This document shows positions 9,842 to 18,852 of a stretch of 64,000 nucleotides of DNA, one piece after another. Location: the NCBI GenBank assembly GCA_963707025.1, contig CAVPOM010000009.1:128001-192000 (forward strand), read 5' to 3'. Source of the DNA: an uncultured Verrucomicrobiae bacterium (lineage in GTDB: Bacteria > Verrucomicrobiota > Verrucomicrobiia > Limisphaerales > Palsa-1400). The stretch's first letter is position 1. Each line of letters begins with the position of its first letter. The translations under genes and the position numbers were made by a program. The notes under the pieces were generated by a model. It was not told the DNA's origin. It saw nothing but the letters and a program-made list of their open reading frames with translations, and did not search any database.

Positions 9842-10072
9842 CGGTTCCAAAATCAAAAGGAACCAGTATCGGAAAACGGAGCCGAAGAACGGAAGAAAAT
9901 CCAGCCGCAAGAAAAATCAAAGGGGAGAAGAAGGAAGAAGATTTTTCAGCGAATCCTCCGAAGAAAATCCACAGGAAGAAGATCCCATTCTAAACCGCCC
10001 GTTTTGCATCCATTCGACTTCGCCCTTGGCACGCTTCGTGAACAAGCTGGAAGAAATGCAAGAGAAGCGCCG

Positions 10073-10861
10073 ATGAGCAGCCCAAGAATGGCCAAAAGAA
10101 CCGCCACAGCCAAAGCAACCAGCCACACGACGCAATGCTTCGCCGAGCTGCTGTCCCACGACCCGGAACTTTCAGCCCTCCGAGCCGACTACACGCAAAA
10201 GTCCGCGACGAAGCGCCGGGCGGCGGCGGAGTGGGTTTATGACGAAAGCATCAGCAACAGCCTGTTTGGGGCAGCACTGGCGCGCCTTCAGGGCGAGCGA
10301 TTGCCTGCGCCCGGGTGGCCCCCGGGATTTGCCGCCTTGGCCATTGACCCGGAATATGCTCCCGCTTTGCTGACGGTTGGCTGTTATGAACATGGCTGCG
10401 GCCGGAAGGCGGAAGGCATGCGGTTGCTGCTCCAATTGACGCAGCTTCCACCAAATACCGCAGACTGGATTGAAATCATCGACAAAGCTGGCCAGTCACT
10501 GATGGACGCGGGCGATGCCGCCGGAACCTGCCGCTTGTATGAGGCCGCCTTGGCAGCCAGTCCTTGCGAGCAGGAGTTCATTATTGGCCTGGGTTGGGCG
10601 TTGTGCCGCGCCGGCAAACAACAGGAAGCCCTCCCGTGGCTGGAAAGGGCCGTCGCCAATACCCCCAACAATTATTCGGTGCTCAATGACTATGGCTGGG
10701 GGCTGGCGGAATTGGGGCGATTCGACGAGGCACAGAAAGCCTTGGAGAGAGCGGTCCAGCTTGCCCCTGCGACTTACGACCTGCCTGCCAACAATCTGAA
10801 ACGCTTGCAGCAGTTGCGGGAAAACGCGCAACCGCGGAAAGGGACGCGGCAGATCCAATGA
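10073..10861 (+). CDS. Tetratricopeptide repeat protein
   Basis: Several TPR-like units (LGWALCRAGKQQEALPWLERAV, YGWGLAELGRFDEAQKALERAV). Confidence 0.8.
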   Translation: MSSPRMAKRTATAKATSHTTQCFAELLSHDPELSALRADYTQKSATKRRAAAEWVYDESISNSLFGAALARLQGERLPAPGWPPGFAALAIDPEYAPALLTVGCYEHGCGRKAEGMRLLLQLTQLPPNTADWIEIIDKAGQSLMDAGDAAGTCRLYEAALAASPCEQEFIIGLGWALCRAGKQQEALPWLERAVANTPNNYSVLNDYGWGLAELGRFDEAQKALERAVQLAPATYDLPANNLKRLQQLRENAQPRKGTRQIQ

Positions 10862-11461
10862 AACCACCCTACACCCCCCCGGCAAGGCCAGTTCTTGGCC
10901 TACATAAACCACTACATTACCCTGCACGGACGTCCGCCGGCGGAGGCGGAGATGATGCAATTCTTTCAGGTCACACCTCCGAGCGTCCATCAAATGATTC
11001 TGACCCTGGAGCGTCGCGGGCTAATTTCCCGCGTGCCGGGCCAGGCGCGAAGCATCACGCTGCGCCTTCCCGCCGAAGAACTGCCGCCTTTGCAGGGCGC
11101 CACGGCAACTGCCACCATCCACCCTCCTCCGCCCAAGACCGATGACCACCCTGCCATCGACATGGAAACCACTTTGCTGCGTTTCGGAAAAATCCAACTC
11201 GATCACTGGTTCAACTTCAACGACCAAAAGCCACTCGACGACTCCGAGTTCGTCCCGTTGTTGGATATGCTCATTGACTCCTTCGCCCACGCAGGTTTGA
11301 GCGCCGCGCACGTCCAACAACTGCGCCGTCATGCCTGCGAGCTGTACCACCGCTATTGCCATCAATCCGAACCTCAGAGCACCTTCAAAGAAGACATCGA
11401 GCTCATGCTCAACTACTTGCCTCCTCCCCTGAAGTCTCGCTGGCAGGAGGCTCTCACCTGA
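10858..11461 (+). pseudogene. LexA-N-like winged-HTH regulator with a +1 frameshift in the C7 run at 10874-10880
   Basis: With six C the frame reads MKPPYTPRQGQFLAYINHY..GRPPAEAEM..FFQVTPPSVHQMILTLE..GLI.R.PG.ARSI. Confidence 0.7.
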
Positions 11462-11516
11462 TTTGCCTTTTGCCGAGACGCAGAAGAAATATGGTCGTAT
11501 GCAATTGACCATTTCA

Positions 11517-12237
11517 TCATCCCTGGATGCCGCGGATGGCCGATTGTGGTTCAACAGGTAAATCGGTCAATGGGGTGGCTCGTGGTCGTCGCCTGCGGTT
11601 GCCACGGCTTTCCGCGAAGGCGTGAATGTCCTTTTCCCCGGAACGGAGGAAATCCAGAAAGTCCACGCCCATGTATTTGCAGGTTTCACAAAGGCTCAAC
11701 AGAACCAAGTAGTCTCGGAGCCCCTTTTCGGTGGTGATTCCACCAATGATCTGACGAAGCGCCGCGAACGCTTTGACAGCGTGTTCAGCGTTGTTGTTGT
11801 TCCAAGGTACCCCGTCAAAGCTCAGAAACGTAAAGAGCTTGTCCCGGTTTTTCTCCAACCGCTCTTTTAACTTCACCGCTGATTCGCTTTGAAGGATCAG
11901 TTCGGAAATCCGCCGGTAGAATCCTTCCACAGCCGCCAAGTGCTTCCTCAAGAAGCGGCTCTTCAAGCCGTGCCGATCAATGCTCTCGACCATTGGCTTA
12001 AGCAAGAGCGCAAAAGCCAGTGCGATCTTTTTTAATTCCTCGTCGTAGGGGTGCTTCAAAACATCGTCGTTCAAGTCCCGTATCAGGTGGATCAGGCACT
12101 TTTGCTGAGGGCAGTGGATTGAATCGTAAGCCGCGTAAAAGTCAGACACCAAAACGCCCTTGAAGTCGTTCAGCATGGTATTAAGAAGTTCGCCCTCTCG
12201 TGTCTCCGCATATACGTAGGCCACTTCCTCCATATTC
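11517..12237 (-). pseudogene. C-terminal fragment of an IS66-family transposase
   Basis: GVLVSDFYAAY, QKCLIHLIRD, VPWNNNNAEHAVK. Cut at the IS3 terminus. Confidence 0.85.
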
Positions 12238-13731
12238 TGAGGTGGACCCCATCCTTTAGACCACGGAGCGCATGAAATAAGCGCGACTTTTGCCGATTGC
12301 TGTCATTACTAATTGTAGTTGACTACTGTTCATTCCGTGTTTCAAAACCCTTTCGAAAAGAGAGAACGAGCGATGCGGAGCACTGCCCGTCCTCCCTCTC
12401 CGTTTTCTTAGGGTTCTCAACTCTACCGCCGCAGGCGGTCTGATTTCAAGCCTTTTCCTGCCGCCTGCCTCTCTGTCAAGTGCTGCGATCGCTCCTGCCT
12501 CTGGCAGGTTGCATCGCTTCCCATTTGGCCGGTTGGGCTCCATGCGTGCCGGGATCAAAATACGCGTCCGCCGGCGTCGCATAGCCCAACGCCTGGTGCG
12601 GTCGTTCCCGGTTGTAGCCGTCAAACCACCGGCCCAGTCCGCGCCCTGCCGCCAACCCGTCGCCATAGTCTTGCAAATAAATGTCCTCATACTTGGCGCT
12701 CCGCCACAGCCGCTCGATAAACCGGTTGTCCATCCAGCGACCCCGTCCGTCCATGCTCACGTCCACCCCCGCCGATTCCACCGCATCGATAAACATCGGG
12801 GAGGTGAACTGCGATCCCTGGTCGGTATTGGAAATCAACGGCGCCTGACGCCCCGCCCGCAACGCCGCCTCCCAAGCGTCCACACAAAAGTCCGCCTCCA
12901 ACGTGTTGCTCAAGCGCCATCCCAGCACGTAACGACTCCACCAATCCATCACCGCCACCAAATACATAAACCCAGTTGCCATAGGCACATACGTAATGTC
13001 CGAACACCAAACCTGATCCGGTCCCGTCACTGCCAAATTGCGTAACAGATACGGATAAATCTGGTGCCCCATCTCCCGCAGACTCGTCTTGGGCTTGGCG
13101 TAAATCGCCTCGATCCCCATCAACCGCAGCAGCCGCACCACCCGTTTGCGATTGATGGTCAAACCCTCCCGGCGCAACAGCACGGTCAGTTTGCGGCTGC
13201 CATAAACCGGGTGGTCCAAATGCATCTGGTCCAACCGCCGCATCAGCGCCAGGTTCTCCTCTGTCTCCGGACAGCACTGGTAATAATAACTGCCACGGCA
13301 CACCGCCAGCAGCTCGCACTGGCGCCGCACGCTGAGCTGCGGATCGGGAGCGATTAAACATGTTAAAGCCCCAGTTGCCTGGACTTTTTTTTAAGCCAGT
13401 CCAAGTCCACCGTCAGTTGGCCAATCTTCTCATGCAGTTGGGCAATCAACTGTTCCTGATCCTCCGTGCGGGGTTGCCCGGGCTCAAACAATTCGGGCAT
13501 GTGATCCCGAATCGTCGCCCGCCACTGCGTGACCTGCGCCGGATGCACCGCATACTCTCGCGCCAATTGCGCGACCGTCTTCAGCCCCACCAGGGCTTCG
13601 AATCCCACTTTGGCCTTGAAGGCCGCACTGTGTCTTTTCCGTTTTGCTTTCATAAGTCTGCTCTTTCTTATCTACAGCAAACCGGCAAAAATCGAAACTT
13701 ACCTGTGGTCTAAAAATAGGGGTCCAGCTCA
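12238..13731 (-). mobile_element. IS3-family element, copy 1 (1,494 bp)
   Basis: 27-bp imperfect IRs TGAGGTGGACCCCATCCTTTAGACCAC / TGAGCTGGACCCCTATTTTTAGACCAC. Flanks TTC and GTC, so no target duplication. Confidence 0.95.
12476..13653 (-). CDS. IS3 transposase OrfAB (orfA 13363-13653; orfB reached by -1 frameshift)
   Basis: A8G slippery site at 13384-13392; the -1 frame is open into orfB. DDE motifs WCSDITY, NTDQGSQF, IERLWRSAKYE. Confidence 0.92.
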
Positions 13732-14204
13732 GTCTTGTTGTCAATCAACCAGGCGTGATACTAATTGATGAGCTGGAAGCTCACCTTCACCCCTCGTGGC
13801 AAAGAACAATATGTGAATGGCTCAAAGCACGGTTCCCGCTCGTTCAGTTCTTTATTACTACACACAGCCCATTGATCCTTCAAGCCGCTGACCCAGGAGG
13901 CATCTTTGTGTTACCGTTGCCCAATGAAATAGACGCAGGAAAGACAGTTCGCCGCCTGACCCCACAAGAACAGCAACGGATTGTTTTGGGGCGTGCAGAG
14001 AAGGTGCTTTTGGGCGAAGCTTTTGGCCTAAAACGAACTTGGAGTGTGAAAACGGACAATCTTGTGCTTGAGTGGGAAGCCCTATCGGCAAAGCGAGAAG
14101 CCACGGGTTCTTTAGCACCACCAGAGCAGCGGAACTTTGAGCGGCTTACCGACCAGATGAAATTCGTTTTCGACGAGAATCCTTCGGAGATGACACATGC
14201 GTAG
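13732..14204 (+). pseudogene. C-terminal remnant of a PtuA-like AAA/ABC ATPase
   Basis: Walker B/D-loop ILIDELEAHLHPSWQ and H-loop QFFITTHSP. Walker A half missing, cut at IS3 copy 1. Confidence 0.8.
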
Positions 14205-14550
14205 GTTTCTCCAGCGTCCGGCAATTCCCGACGCCGTACAGATGAAACTGAGGGAGAAGACGGAGGAAATTGTTCGAGTTCCTGTTGGCGTTGCTCGCAA
14301 ACAGAAAGCACGACAAATCTATGAGGCGTGTCGAAAGGCACAATGGTTCGAACCCGTTGTGGCCGCGCTGCGTGGCCTATGTGGACAGGGCGAACTCTGC
14401 ATGTATTGCAGTTCGAACGAGCCGTCACAGGTGGAACATTTCCGACCGCTTGCTGTCTTTCCTGAAAGGGCTTTGGAATATCAGAATTACCTTTGGTCTT
14501 GTGATATATGCAACCGAGCGCACAAAGGAGACCGATTCCCACCAGATACC

Positions 14551-16043
14551 TGAGGTGGACCCCATCCTTTAGACCACGGAGCGCATGAAATAAGCGCGAC
14601 TTTTGCCGATTGCTGTCATTACTAATTGTAGTTGACTACTGTTCATTCCGTGTTTCAAAACCCTTTCGAAAGAGAGAACGAGCGATGCGGAGCACTGCCC
14701 GTCCTCCCTCTCCGTTTTCTTAGGGTTCTCAACTCTACCGCCGCAGGCGGTCTGATTTCAAGCCTTTTCCTGCCGCCTGCCTCTCTGTCAAGTGCTGCGA
14801 TCGCTCCTGCCTCTGGCAGGTTGCATCGCTTCCCATTTGGCCGGTTGGGCTCCATGCGTGCCGGGATCAAAATACGCGTCCGCCGGCGTCGCATAGCCCA
14901 ACGCCTGGTGCGGTCGTTCCCGGTTGTAGCCGTCAAACCACCGGCCCAGTCCGCGCCCTGCCGCCAACCCGTCGCCATAGTCTTGCAAATAAATGTCCTC
15001 ATACTTGGCGCTCCGCCACAGCCGCTCGATAAACCGGTTGTCCATCCAGCGACCCCGTCCGTCCATGCTCACGTCCACCCCCGCCGATTCCACCGCATCG
15101 ATAAACATCGGGGAGGTGAACTGCGATCCCTGGTCGGTATTGGAAATCAACGGCGCCTGACGCCCCGCCCGCAACGCCGCCTCCCAAGCGTCCACACAAA
15201 AGTCCGCCTCCAACGTGTTGCTCAAGCGCCATCCCAGCACGTAACGACTCCACCAATCCATCACCGCCACCAAATACATAAACCCAGTTGCCATAGGCAC
15301 ATACGTAATGTCCGAACACCAAACCTGATCCGGTCCCGTCACTGCCAAATTGCGTAACAGATACGGATAAATCTGGTGCCCCATCTCCCGCAGACTCGTC
15401 TTGGGCTTGGCGTAAATCGCCTCGATCCCCATCAACCGCAGCAGCCGCACCACCCGTTTGCGATTGATGGTCAAACCCTCCCGGCGCAACAGCACGGTCA
15501 GTTTGCGGCTGCCATAAACCGGGTGGTCCAAATGCATCTGGTCCAACCGCCGCATCAGCGCCAGGTTCTCCTCTGTCTCCGGACAGCACTGGTAATAATA
15601 ACTGCCACGGCACACCGCCAGCAGCTCGCACTGGCGCCGCACGCTGAGCTGCGGATCGGGAGCGATTAAACATGTTAAAGCCCCAGTTGCCTGGACTTTT
15701 TTTTAAGCCAGTCCAAGTCCACCGTCAGTTGGCCAATCTTCTCATGCAGTTGGGCAATCAACTGTTCCTGATCCTCCGTGCGGGGTTGCCCGGGCTCAAA
15801 CAATTCGGGCATGTGATCCCGAATCGTCGCCCGCCACTGCGTGACCTGCGCCGGATGCACCGCATACTCTCGCGCCAATTGCGCGACCGTCTTCAGCCCC
15901 ACCAGGGCTTCGAATCCCACTTTGGCCTTGAAGGCCGCACTGTGTCTTTTCCGTTTTGCTTTCATAAGTCTGCTCTTTCTTATCTACAGCAAACCGGCAA
16001 AAATCGAAACTTACCTGTGGTCTAAAAATAGGGGTCCAGCTCA
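14551..16043 (-). mobile_element. IS3-family element, copy 2 (1,493 bp)
   Basis: Same IRs as copy 1, with a 3-bp target duplication ACC (14548-14550 and 16044-16046). The only difference I saw from copy 1 is one A in a run (AAAA at 12356 in copy 1). Confidence 0.95.
14788..15965 (-). CDS. IS3 transposase OrfAB, copy 2
   Basis: Translations identical to copy 1. Confidence 0.92.
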
Positions 16044-16811
16044 ACCGAACCCGGAGAGAATATACTGAACCCACTGGAGGACGACGTTTGGGAGTATTTT
16101 TTTATCGAAGAACAATTCGGCAGATTGCTCTGTCGTGTTGACCCAGTAACAACCGCACGGTTGCCACGGGCGGTTAGCACTTGCAACGTGGTTGGCATTG
16201 ACCGCGAAATTGTTCAGCATAAGAGGGTCAGTCGTTACCGCAATCTGCGGCGCGACGCCCAACGAAATCTTCTTGAATTGCGAGCGGGAACTCTGAATGC
16301 TCATACTTTAAGGGCTGAGATCTCCGTTTGGCGATCCGAGCCTTTCCAGGAAGATGTCGCAGATTATTTTCTAAATGGTCCTGGCCGCTCAAAAGAACCA
16401 TTCAAATCGCTGTTAATTGCTGCCGGAGAGGCAGTGCCGTGAAAAGGCCTCGGGTACCATCAGTTTGCGATAATTCCGGGAACTCAAGTATTTGCATTGC
16501 AGTTGCAAGGATGACGTGTTTTGGGATCGGTAACCCAGGGCGGCGCTCGCAGACTCGCTTTGCCCCGGGCTGTTCTCGTTCGTGCCGTTGGGGCGGAAAG
16601 ATGTCGCGGCGGCGTGGTTTGTGCGGCAGATCGGGCAACTTTACCCAGTGGAAAAGGAGTCGCGCAGGCTTGATGATTCATCACTCGTCTCCTCCTCAAC
16701 TTCCGTCGCGGTTTGGATCGTGGCCCTGGAGCGGGAAATGAAGGATGCGCTCCTTGTTGCCGTTTTTATCCCGCATTTTTCGGGAGTCGGCTTTGGGGCC
16801 ATTTTTGGCGC

Positions 16812-16840
16812 TTGACATACATAGCGATGCCATGTATTGT
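16812..16840 (+). promoter_or_regulatory. Sigma-70 promoter with an embedded palindromic operator
   Basis: TTGACA-17 bp-TATTGT, with inverted repeat TACAT-N9-ATGTA at 16818-16836. Confidence 0.6.
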
Positions 16841-16846
16841 GGCACT

Positions 16847-17179
16847 ATGTTGAGCAAAGAACTTGTGCCGGCTTCGACCGAGCCGGTGATCTTGTCGCTC
16901 CTGTCCAGGGGTGAGAGCTACGGGTACGCCTTGATCCAGGAAGTGAAACGGCTTTCCGGGGACAAGATCGAATGGACTGATGGGATGATTTATCCTGTGC
17001 TGCACCGCATGGAAGACGAAGGCTGGATTGCGTCGCGTTGGGGCCAGGCGGAGAATGGACGCAAGCGCAAATATTATTCGCTCAAAAAGGACGGCAAAAA
17101 AGCATTGCAGAGCCAGCGCGAACAGTGGGTTACCGTTTCAGGGGTGTTCAAGCAATTATGGAAGGAACAATATGTTTAA
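16847..17179 (+). CDS. PadR family transcriptional regulator
   Basis: ILSLL..GESYGYALI, GMIYPVLHRME..GWI, RKRKYYSL. Confidence 0.9.
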   Translation: MLSKELVPASTEPVILSLLSRGESYGYALIQEVKRLSGDKIEWTDGMIYPVLHRMEDEGWIASRWGQAENGRKRKYYSLKKDGKKALQSQREQWVTVSGVFKQLWKEQYV

Positions 17180-17852
17180 TCTCGACCAGGCAATTGCGGA
17201 ATGGCGCCGGCAGATGCTGTCGGCGGGCATCAAAAGCCCAGTGCCGCTGGAGGAACTGGAAATTCACTTGCGCGAGGATGTGGAGCAGGGGATGCGGTCA
17301 GGATTAGCCGCGCAAGCAGCATTTGAAACGGTCGTGCAACGGATGGGACAAGCTGACGGGCTCAAAGCGGAGTTCAAAAAGGCGGGCAAAACCAACGGAT
17401 ACAGCCGGATCAACCACAATCGCGTCTATGTGACCGCCCTCATCTCCTTCCTCATCATCTGGCAGTTCCTTAATCTGGCTCCGACGCCCGGGCTGGATAG
17501 CCGGGCGCTGGTGGCCTATTTCCAGACGGGAGGCGGAAAGAATTCGGGCGCAGGCCTAATGGGCATGCACAGGATGTTCACCGGCGGCGGTTTTGAAAGG
17601 TGCTCGGTGGGCAGCCTGGCCATACTGCCCGTGTATCTCAGACCTTGGGAGGCTGCACTTTGCCTATTCTATTCTTTGGCTGCCGGTCTGGCGCTGGGCG
17701 CACGCATCCTGCACCCATACACGGGCCGCCGGCTGACTCGCTTCTTGAACCTGGCACTTCTGCCGGCTTTTCCGATTGGGACAGCCATCGGCCTTTACGG
17801 TTTAGCCAAGGTGGATCGGCAACGGAAAGAACAGGAAACTAACCTCGCTTAA
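17172..17852 (+). CDS. Permease-prefix-domain membrane protein containing a SecY-plug-like segment
   Basis: MFNLDQAIAEWRRQM...EELEIHLREDVE prefix domain, three hydrophobic segments, overlap with the padR stop. Confidence 0.7.
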   Translation: MFNLDQAIAEWRRQMLSAGIKSPVPLEELEIHLREDVEQGMRSGLAAQAAFETVVQRMGQADGLKAEFKKAGKTNGYSRINHNRVYVTALISFLIIWQFLNLAPTPGLDSRALVAYFQTGGGKNSGAGLMGMHRMFTGGGFERCSVGSLAILPVYLRPWEAALCLFYSLAAGLALGARILHPYTGRRLTRFLNLALLPAFPIGTAIGLYGLAKVDRQRKEQETNLA

Positions 17853-18118
17853 GGTTCAGAACCTGTACCCTGTACTCTACAGACCCGGCCTGTGGCCGAG
17901 GCAGCCAACAGAAACCCCCGGTGAGAGGGCCAGCCACACCTTCGAGCCGCTGATGGCCCTGGCCGCGATGGCGGGCGACGGCATGGAGGTGAGCCGAGGG
18001 CTGAACTGGAGGCCGGGCAGCACGAGCGCCGCATAGCCGTCATCATGGAAACGCCAGCGCTGGAAGGGGTTACCGATAATATTGTGCAAAGCCTGGGGTC
18101 TTTTAACACCTCCGAAGA

Positions 18119-18267
18119 TGTAACGGCATGTAACGGGGGTGTAACGGCTCTAAAATGCGTAAGTGCTTGTGGTGCAATAGGTGTAACGTTGTAACGGCTG
18201 TAACGGAGCAATGGTCCCCTTCCGCTTGACTTCACCGTCATACCCAATGTGTGTAACGATGTAACGG
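18119..18267 (+). repeat. Eight same-strand TGTAACG repeats
   Basis: Copies start at 18119, 18129, 18140, 18182, 18190, 18199, 18252 and 18260. Confidence 0.9.
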
Positions 18268-18423
18268 GTTTTTCGGAGCAATGGTCGGGAGCGGACCCCC
18301 TGCGCTACTTCCAGCGGTTGTCCTGGCGGAACAAATCCACTTGAAACAGCGAAGAACCGGAGTGGCGATTTCCGCAGTCGTCCCTCGGCGGGACTCTGGC
18401 GGACAGGGCAGATGGGGGATGGG

Positions 18424-18849
18424 TCATTGTTTGACGATCAAGACGCTGCAATGGGCGTGATCGCTGATCCGGTCCGCCGTGTCGCCGAGCAGCCGTCCCC
18501 AAAGTTCGGAGTGGTCGCTGTGGCCAATCACCACCAGATCGTAGTGACCCTCGTCGGCCAACTTGACGATGCTTTTGGCCGGATGTCCGCGGCGCGTCTC
18601 GCAGAGGATGGGGATGCCGTGTTGGGCCGCGGCGGCCGCCACTTCCTTTTGCCGCTCCTTGAAGTATTCATCCGCCGCCTCCGCTTCTTCCTCGTATTCG
18701 CCGGGCAGGTCGGAGTGGCGCGGGAGCGGTTCGCGCACCCAGATGGCGGTCAGCTCCGCCCCGGTTAGTTTGGCCGTGACGGCGGCCCGGTGCAGGGCCG
18801 CTTTGCCGCCTTTGGAGCCGTCGTAGCCCACCATGATTTTCTTGAACAT
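18424..18849 (-). CDS. Universal stress protein
   Basis: KKIMVGYDGS, GHPAKSI, DLVVIG, LLGDTADRI..HAHCSVLIV. Confidence 0.92.
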   Translation of the reverse strand: MFKKIMVGYDGSKGGKAALHRAAVTAKLTGAELTAIWVREPLPRHSDLPGEYEEEAEAADEYFKERQKEVAAAAAQHGIPILCETRRGHPAKSIVKLADEGHYDLVVIGHSDHSELWGRLLGDTADRISDHAHCSVLIVKQ

Positions 18850-18852
18850 AAT

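Larger units (their letters stand above)
6353..10031 (-). mobile_element. IS21-family element, 3,679 bp, five ORFs
   Basis: TG...CA termini. The 19-bp inverted repeat GGATGCAAAACGGGCGGTT sits at positions 21-39 from both ends (6373-6391 and 9993-10011). 7-bp target duplication CGCTTCG at 6346-6352 and 10032-10038. Confidence 0.92.
14197..16442 (+). pseudogene. PtuB-like HNH endonuclease split by IS3 copy 2
   Basis: CMYC..VEHFRP..YQNYLWSCDICNRAHKG. The frame continues after the IS as TEPGENILNPLEDD... to the stop at 16442. Confidence 0.85.

Noticed and set aside
9623..10072. N-terminal extension of the TPR ORF
   Set aside because: It lies inside the IS21 element. The native start is the ATG at 10073, coupled to the upstream stop.
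12238..16043. Composite transposon of two IS3 copies carrying the ATPase/HNH fragment
   Set aside because: The outer flanks (TTC, ACC) do not match. Copy 2 has its own ACC duplication and the HNH gene continues beyond it, so these are independent insertions.
16582..16815. Functional ORF
   Set aside because: Only a short IS66-like peptide (AAWFVRQIGQLY) within mosaic sequence; too little to annotate.
18119..18290. CRISPR array
   Set aside because: Repeats are only 7-8 bp with irregular 1-50 bp gaps, and there are no cas genes.
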